Part shown: positions 58,734 through 64,000 of the stretch, one piece after another
Layout of the letters: each line of letters starts with the position of its first letter
How positions within the stretch are numbered: the first letter of the stretch is position 1
Assembly (NCBI GenBank): GCA_965221905.1
Contig: OZ244922.1
Span: 1,056,001-1,120,000 of the forward strand
From: Chloroflexota bacterium
GTDB taxonomy: Bacteria > Chloroflexota > UBA11872 > VXOZ01
DNA length: 64,000 nucleotides
Direction of reading: 5' to 3'
Program-made: the position numbers and the translations under genes
The notes under the pieces: model-generated
The model's database searches: none
The model's input: the letters and a program-made list of their open reading frames with translations, nothing else
What the model was told of the DNA's origin: nothing

Positions 58734-60422
58734 ATGGCAAGGCAAACCGACACCGCAGACGCTGCGATTGCGCAGTCGTTGGCGACGCTCGCGCAGACAG
58801 ACGTAGGCGTACGCCTCTGGCAAAAAGATGCCGGTCTTTGGTCTGACGATCCACAGACTCAAGCGTCAATTCGCAACCGCTTGGGCTGGCTGGACGTGGT
58901 GGCGGACGTGCGGCGATCCGGGTTGGAGGAGATCTCGTCCGTCGCCAACGCAGCACGGGCAGAAGGCTTCACCGATGTTGTAGTTCTTGGCATGGGCGGC
59001 AGCAGTCTCTGTCCCGATGTCTGCCGCGCTACTTTTGGCACGGCGCCCGGCTGGTTACAGCTTCATGTCTTAGATAGCACTCATCCGATCGCTGTGCGGG
59101 CAGTGTATGATGCCGTCGACGTGAAGCGTACGCTCTTCGTGGTATCGAGCAAGTCCGGCACTACCGGCGAATCGAATGCCTTCTTCAGCTACTTCTGGGA
59201 TCAGGTTGCGCAGTCCGGGACCCCATCACCCGGCGCGAACTTCATTGCCATTACCGATCCCGGCACGCCTCTGGAAGAGGAAGCCACTGCGCGCGGCTTT
59301 CGTCACGTCTTCCGCAATCCCGCTGACATCGGCGGCCGGTATTCGGCGCTTTCGTTCTTCGGCTTGGTTCCCATGGCCCTCATCGGCATGGACGTGGCCG
59401 ACTTTCTTGAGCGTGCTGCAACAATGACACGGCGCTGTGGGCCGAACATTGCCGCAGTCGACAATCCCGGCTTTGTGTTGGGTGTTCAAATTGCGACCTA
59501 TGCCCGGCGGGGGCGAGACAAGCTCACGCTCGTTTGCGCGCCGGAAATCAATACGCTGGGTTGGTGGCTCGAGCAGCTTGTGGCCGAGAGTCTCGGCAAA
59601 CAAGGAGTGGGCGTGGTCCCGGTGGAAGGCGAGGAACTTTGCGAACCGGAGATGTACGGCGCTGATAGGGTCTTTGTGCACATTGGTCTGCCAGGCGCAG
59701 ACAAAGGCACAGTGGCGGAGCAGCTCAAGTCGCTTGCAGTGGCCGGACACCCGGTTATCAGTCTGGAGATGACGGATCGAATGGACTTGGGGCAAGAATT
59801 CTTCCGTTGGGAAGTGGCAACAGCAGTCGCCGGCCACCTGCTGGGCGTCAACCCTTTCGATGAGCCGAACGTCAAAGAGAGCAAGGACAACACCGCCGCG
59901 CTCTTGCAGACATACCGGGAGGATGGCGCGCTTCCTGATGAGAGCCCGGCAGTCGCTCAAGGTGCGCTAACCCTCTATGGCGATTGTGAGGGTGAGACGG
60001 TTGCGGAAGCGTTGCACGGGTTCCTCAAACAGGTAGCGCCCGGCGACTACGTTGCGCTGATGGCGTATCTGCCGCAGGACGGCGCAGTCCATGACCGTTT
60101 GCACGCTATCCGCCACGCGCTTCGCGCCGCCACACGAGCGGCCACCACGCTGGGCTACGGGCCGCGGTTCCTCCACTCCACGGGACAACTGCACAAAGGC
60201 GGCCCCAATTCTGTAGCGTGTCTGCAACTTACTGCCGCCATTGCCGTTGACGTGCCGATACCCGGTGCGCCTTATTCGTTTGGCACGTTCATCCAGGCGC
60301 AGGCGATCGGGGACATGCGCTCCTTGCAGGGACACGGGCGGCGCGTGCTACGCGTTCACCTCGGTGCGGACTACGAGCAGGGCCTCGCTGCAATCGAGCA
60401 CGTGCTTCGTGCAGAGTATTGA
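58734..60422 (+). CDS. pgi: Glucose-6-phosphate isomerase (type found in Tal/Pgi fusions)
   Basis: RLGWL, GMGGSSL, SKSGTT.E, ITDPG, GGRYSALS, EQL.AES.GK, NPFDEPNV and GPRFLHSTGQLHKGG motifs. Confidence 0.93.
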   Translation: MARQTDTADAAIAQSLATLAQTDVGVRLWQKDAGLWSDDPQTQASIRNRLGWLDVVADVRRSGLEEISSVANAARAEGFTDVVVLGMGGSSLCPDVCRATFGTAPGWLQLHVLDSTHPIAVRAVYDAVDVKRTLFVVSSKSGTTGESNAFFSYFWDQVAQSGTPSPGANFIAITDPGTPLEEEATARGFRHVFRNPADIGGRYSALSFFGLVPMALIGMDVADFLERAATMTRRCGPNIAAVDNPGFVLGVQIATYARRGRDKLTLVCAPEINTLGWWLEQLVAESLGKQGVGVVPVEGEELCEPEMYGADRVFVHIGLPGADKGTVAEQLKSLAVAGHPVISLEMTDRMDLGQEFFRWEVATAVAGHLLGVNPFDEPNVKESKDNTAALLQTYREDGALPDESPAVAQGALTLYGDCEGETVAEALHGFLKQVAPGDYVALMAYLPQDGAVHDRLHAIRHALRAATRAATTLGYGPRFLHSTGQLHKGGPNSVACLQLTAAIAVDVPIPGAPYSFGTFIQAQAIGDMRSLQGHGRRVLRVHLGADYEQGLAAIEHVLRAEY

Positions 60423-60488
60423 CTACTCAATAGCAAGATAGTCCTCAATAGGCCAACCTCTAGCGAACCGGCCCGCAGCGATTCGGCC

Positions 60489-60578
60489 CGTCATTCCCGC
60501 AAAAACGGGAAACTGTTTTGCTATCTTGTGTGCGAATAGCTACACGTCAAGAGTGGAGCAAAAGCCCCCCGCGCTACG
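60489..60578. repeat. Family B palindrome inside an imperfect inverted repeat, followed by a family C REP
   Basis: cgtcattcccgcaaaaacgggaaac; aagccccccgcgctac. Confidence 0.6.
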
Positions 60579-60730
60579 GTCAAGTCTGCATCCCCGCGGT
60601 TGGTGGCTTCTTGGGTCTCGGGTGTAAGTCCTCGTTTGCATAGTTTCACTCAATTCACTATGCTGCTGGGATACGTGGCAATGTCTGCGCCGTGCTCACA
60701 TGGAACGGCAGGAGGTTGCGGCGTACACGC

Positions 60731-60736
60731 TATAAT
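60731..60736 (+). promoter_or_regulatory. Putative -10 element for zwf
   Basis: TATAAT 45 nt upstream of ATG 60781. Confidence 0.4.
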
Positions 60737-60780
60737 GGGTTGCAAGATAGATGCTAACAGCCAAAGAGGGGAAGGCATCA

Positions 60781-62328
60781 ATGCAATTTGCCCCGCAAGC
60801 TGCTGGACTGGAGGACAGCGCGACTGTGCCGCGCGGGCTTGAGGGATGCGCCATTGTAATCTTTGGTGCTACCGGCGACTTGACGAGCCGCATGATCGTG
60901 CCCGCACTGTATAGTTTGCAGCAGCGTGGGCTGCTCCCGGAAGACTTCGCGATTGTAGGGTTTTCCCGTAGCAAGTGGAATACCGCAGTTTTTCGCGATG
61001 AGATGGAGGCTGCCGTGCGCAAGTCTGCGGGAGCGGTACCGGTTGATGGGGATGCGTGGGGAAAATTCGCGCAGCGGCTGTATTATATCTCCGGCAACTA
61101 TGGCAACCGCAGAGACTTTCAGCAACTTGCGGAGTTGTTGGATGCGGTCTCAAAGAATCACAACTGCGGCGGCAACTACGTCTTCTATCTCTCGACACCT
61201 CCCAGCGTATATTCAGATGTGATTCAGCAGCTAGGGGCTGTGGGTCTTCATCAGGGGTATGGGGAAGAGTCGTCTTGGCGGCGTGTCGTAATCGAGAAGC
61301 CGTTCGGAAGAGACCTCACGACCGCCCAAACGCTCAACGCGCAACTCGCGAACGTCTTTTCCGAATCCCAGACCTACCGCATCGATCACTATCTCGGCAA
61401 AGAGACGGTGCAGAATATCCTAGTTTTCCGGCTGGCGAATCATATCTTCGAGCCGCTTTGGAACCGCCGTTACGTTGACCACGTGCAGATCACAGCTTCA
61501 GAGAGCTTGGGAATAGAGCACCGCGCCGGATACTATGAAGAGTCCGGCGCCATGCGCGACATGTTCCAGAATCACCTGTTGCAGCTCTACTCACTGGTGG
61601 CGATGGACCCGCCGGTGGTGTTCGATTCTGAGGCCGTTGGCGCGGAGAAGATCAAGGTCTTGCGCGCCACCCGGCAGATTCCGCTCTCAGAGCTCGATCA
61701 GTGGGCGGTGCGCGGCCAATATGGTCAGGGATGGGTGCAGGGAGAACACATCAAGGGGTACCGAGAAGAGGAAGGTACCGACCCGCGCTCGAACCGCGAG
61801 ACCTTCGCCGCGCTGAAGCTCCACATCGACAATTGGCGCTGGGAGGGCGTACCGTTCTACCTACGCTCCGGCAAGAGCATGGCGAAGAAGGTAACGGAGA
61901 TCGCGATTCAATTCAAGCGGGTGCCGCACTTGCTCTTCGGGCTCATGCCCGCTGATACGGTGAACCCGAATGCCATCGTCATCCGTGTGCAACCCAACGA
62001 GGGTTTTTCGCTTCAATTCCGCGTGAAGTCCCCCGGTCAAACTATTCGCGTGCAACCCGTGAGCATGAACTTCGACTATGAGTCGCTTTTCAATGGTGAG
62101 GCTCCGCCGGCCTACGAGACGCTCTTGCTCGACATAATGCGAGGCGACCGTACGCTCTTCGCCCACAGTGAATGGATCGAGTATGCTTGGGGCTTGATCA
62201 CCCCCATTATCGAGGCGTGGGATTCCAGCCCCGCCAGCAATTTCCCGAACTACGAGGCCGGTAGCTGGGGACCGCCGGAGGCCGATGCCCTCATTGCCCG
62301 GGACGGTCGCTCCTGGCGACGGCCATAG
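60781..62328 (+). CDS. zwf: Glucose-6-phosphate 1-dehydrogenase
   Basis: IFGATGDL, EKPFG, RIDHYLGKETVQN, RDMFQNHL and NWRW.GVPFYLRSGK motifs; alternative start 60751. Confidence 0.97.
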   Translation: MQFAPQAAGLEDSATVPRGLEGCAIVIFGATGDLTSRMIVPALYSLQQRGLLPEDFAIVGFSRSKWNTAVFRDEMEAAVRKSAGAVPVDGDAWGKFAQRLYYISGNYGNRRDFQQLAELLDAVSKNHNCGGNYVFYLSTPPSVYSDVIQQLGAVGLHQGYGEESSWRRVVIEKPFGRDLTTAQTLNAQLANVFSESQTYRIDHYLGKETVQNILVFRLANHIFEPLWNRRYVDHVQITASESLGIEHRAGYYEESGAMRDMFQNHLLQLYSLVAMDPPVVFDSEAVGAEKIKVLRATRQIPLSELDQWAVRGQYGQGWVQGEHIKGYREEEGTDPRSNRETFAALKLHIDNWRWEGVPFYLRSGKSMAKKVTEIAIQFKRVPHLLFGLMPADTVNPNAIVIRVQPNEGFSLQFRVKSPGQTIRVQPVSMNFDYESLFNGEAPPAYETLLLDIMRGDRTLFAHSEWIEYAWGLITPIIEAWDSSPASNFPNYEAGSWGPPEADALIARDGRSWRRP

Positions 62329-62464
62329 CGGATAGAGCGCCGGTTCCGCCGCGTTGCCGGCGTACCCGCCATCGGGATTCTGCTACACTGAATTCACTTC
62401 CCGATACACTATTATCGTTGACTAGTCTAGAAAGAAAGCATTACTGCGGAGCATTGTCCATATC

Positions 62465-64000
62465 ATGAGACGCTCAAACTTACTCTGTGAGACGTTACGC
62501 GACGACCCAGCGGAAGCAGAAGTGCCCAACCACAAGTTGCTGGTACGGGGCTGCTACATCCGTCAACTCGCATCCGGTATTTACAGCCTGCTCCCGCTCG
62601 GCACGCGCGTGGCAGCAAAGATCAAACAGGTCTTGCGCGAGGAGATGGATGCTATCGGCGGGCAGGAACTCACCATGCCGGTCGTGCAGCCTGCGGAAAT
62701 CTGGCAGCAAACGGGTCGTTGGTACGACATCGGCGACGACTTGGTGCGGTTGAAAGATCGCGCCGATCACGACCTGGTGCTCGCCATGACCCATGAAGAG
62801 GTCATCACAAGTCTCATTGGCTATAACGTCCACTCCTACCGCCAACTGCCGGTGATGCTCTACCAGATACAGACAAAGTTTCGCGATGAGCCGCGTCCGC
62901 GAGCCGGGGCGATTCGATTGCGCGAGTTCACCATGAAGGACGCCTACAGCGCCCACATCACGCAGGAGGACCTGGATCGCTACTATCCGGAGGTCTACCA
63001 GGCGTATTTCAACATCTTTCGCCGCTGCGGGCTGGACGTGATTTCGGTGGATTCCGATGTGGGCATGATGGGCGGCACCATGGCCCATGAATTCATGTCG
63101 CTTACGCCGGTTGGAGAGGACACCTTAGTGCTCTGCGATGCCTGCGGACTCAGCGCAAATCGGCAAATTGCAACCTTTCGCAAGGACGTGGTCGACGGCG
63201 GCGAGCCGCAGCCCCTCCAAGAAGTGGCAACACCGGACACGAAGACGATTGCGGAGTTGGCGGCCTTGCTGGAGATTCCCGAGACGAGCACGGCAAAAGC
63301 CGCTTTCTTTATGGGGGACCAGGGCCTAATCTTTGCCGTAGTGCGCGGCGACATGGAGGTGAACGAGACGAAGCTTATGAACGCCACGAAGTCTACGGCA
63401 CTGCGGCCCGCTACCGAAGGGGAACTGAGCGAGTACGGGATCGTGCCGGGATACGCCTCGCCGATAGGTGTGACCGGCGTGGAGGTCGTTGTGGACGACC
63501 TGGTGGCGCAGTCCGCCAACCTGGTAGCAGGGGCGAACAAGGTAGGATTCCACCTGCACAACGTAAACTACGGCCGCGACTATTCGGCCGACGTGGTAGC
63601 GGATATTGCCAGCGCGTATGCAGGCGCTCCCTGCCCGCGATGCGGTGGGCCGGTGCGCTTGGAGCGCGCCATCGAGGTGGGCAATATCTTCAAGTTGGGG
63701 ACGAAGTATACGGCGGCGCTCAAAGCCCAGTACCGCGATGAAACCGGCGCCCAGCATCCTATGGTGATGGGGTGCTACGGCATTGGGGTTGAACGCCTCA
63801 TGGCGGCAGTTGTAGAAGCCTCTCATGATGAGAGAGGCATCATCTGGCCGGTGTCGATCGCGCCGTTCCACGTATACCTGGTGGTGCTGAACCAGAACGA
63901 TGAATCAGTCATGCAGACGGCGGAGCAGCTCTACGCCGATCTTGGCGCGGCCGGCATAACGGTGCTTTTCGACGACCGGAAGGAGAGTCCGGGGGTAAAA
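62465..64000 (+). CDS. proS: Proline--tRNA ligase (runs off the window end; absent from the ORF track)
   Basis: Translated by hand from ATG 62465: MRRSNLLCETLRDDPAEAEVPNHKLLVRG.YIRQ..., THEE, QTKFRDEPRPR, REFTMKDAYS, IEVGNIFKLG, MGCYGIG.ER. Confidence 0.97.
   Translation, partial: MRRSNLLCETLRDDPAEAEVPNHKLLVRGCYIRQLASGIYSLLPLGTRVAAKIKQVLREEMDAIGGQELTMPVVQPAEIWQQTGRWYDIGDDLVRLKDRADHDLVLAMTHEEVITSLIGYNVHSYRQLPVMLYQIQTKFRDEPRPRAGAIRLREFTMKDAYSAHITQEDLDRYYPEVYQAYFNIFRRCGLDVISVDSDVGMMGGTMAHEFMSLTPVGEDTLVLCDACGLSANRQIATFRKDVVDGGEPQPLQEVATPDTKTIAELAALLEIPETSTAKAAFFMGDQGLIFAVVRGDMEVNETKLMNATKSTALRPATEGELSEYGIVPGYASPIGVTGVEVVVDDLVAQSANLVAGANKVGFHLHNVNYGRDYSADVVADIASAYAGAPCPRCGGPVRLERAIEVGNIFKLGTKYTAALKAQYRDETGAQHPMVMGCYGIGVERLMAAVVEASHDERGIIWPVSIAPFHVYLVVLNQNDESVMQTAEQLYADLGAAGITVLFDDRKESPGVK

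Noticed and set aside
62329-62464. T-box leader upstream of proS
   Set aside because: Too short, and no T-box consensus or terminator is visible.
62487-63871. ORF-track calls in the last 1.5 kb
   Set aside because: The region is proS on the + strand, omitted from the track because it has no stop codon in the window.

Overview
GC-rich bacterial chromosome segment, most consistent with a Chloroflexota heterotroph. This is an inference from the two secreted proteins carrying GYP...QYFQR modules, the paralogous sugar-acid dehydratases and the SBP expansion. The backbone is housekeeping/metabolic: panG-like/panB/panC, ilvE, argC, argJ (frameshifted), uppP, class I aldolase, glycerate kinase, pyk, rpiB-tal-pgi-zwf and a 3'-truncated proS that is missing from the ORF track. 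Accessory content includes a paired ABC exporter, tandem L-rhamnonate-dehydratase-like paralogs, an AT-richer islet (nuclease-like ORF next to a DUF1640 pseudogene), a divergent transaldolase-family gene and a five-copy tandem array of orphan Tat-lipoprotein solute-binding proteins. Intergenic DNA is unusually dense in at least five families of short palindromic (REP-like) repeats. Some are nested inside each other, some are amplified into a CRISPR-like but non-CRISPR array, and some are packaged between IS-like terminal inverted repeats with target-site duplications (MITE-like). I found no rRNA, tRNA, cas gene or transposase. All calls come from reading the sequence; no database searches were run.
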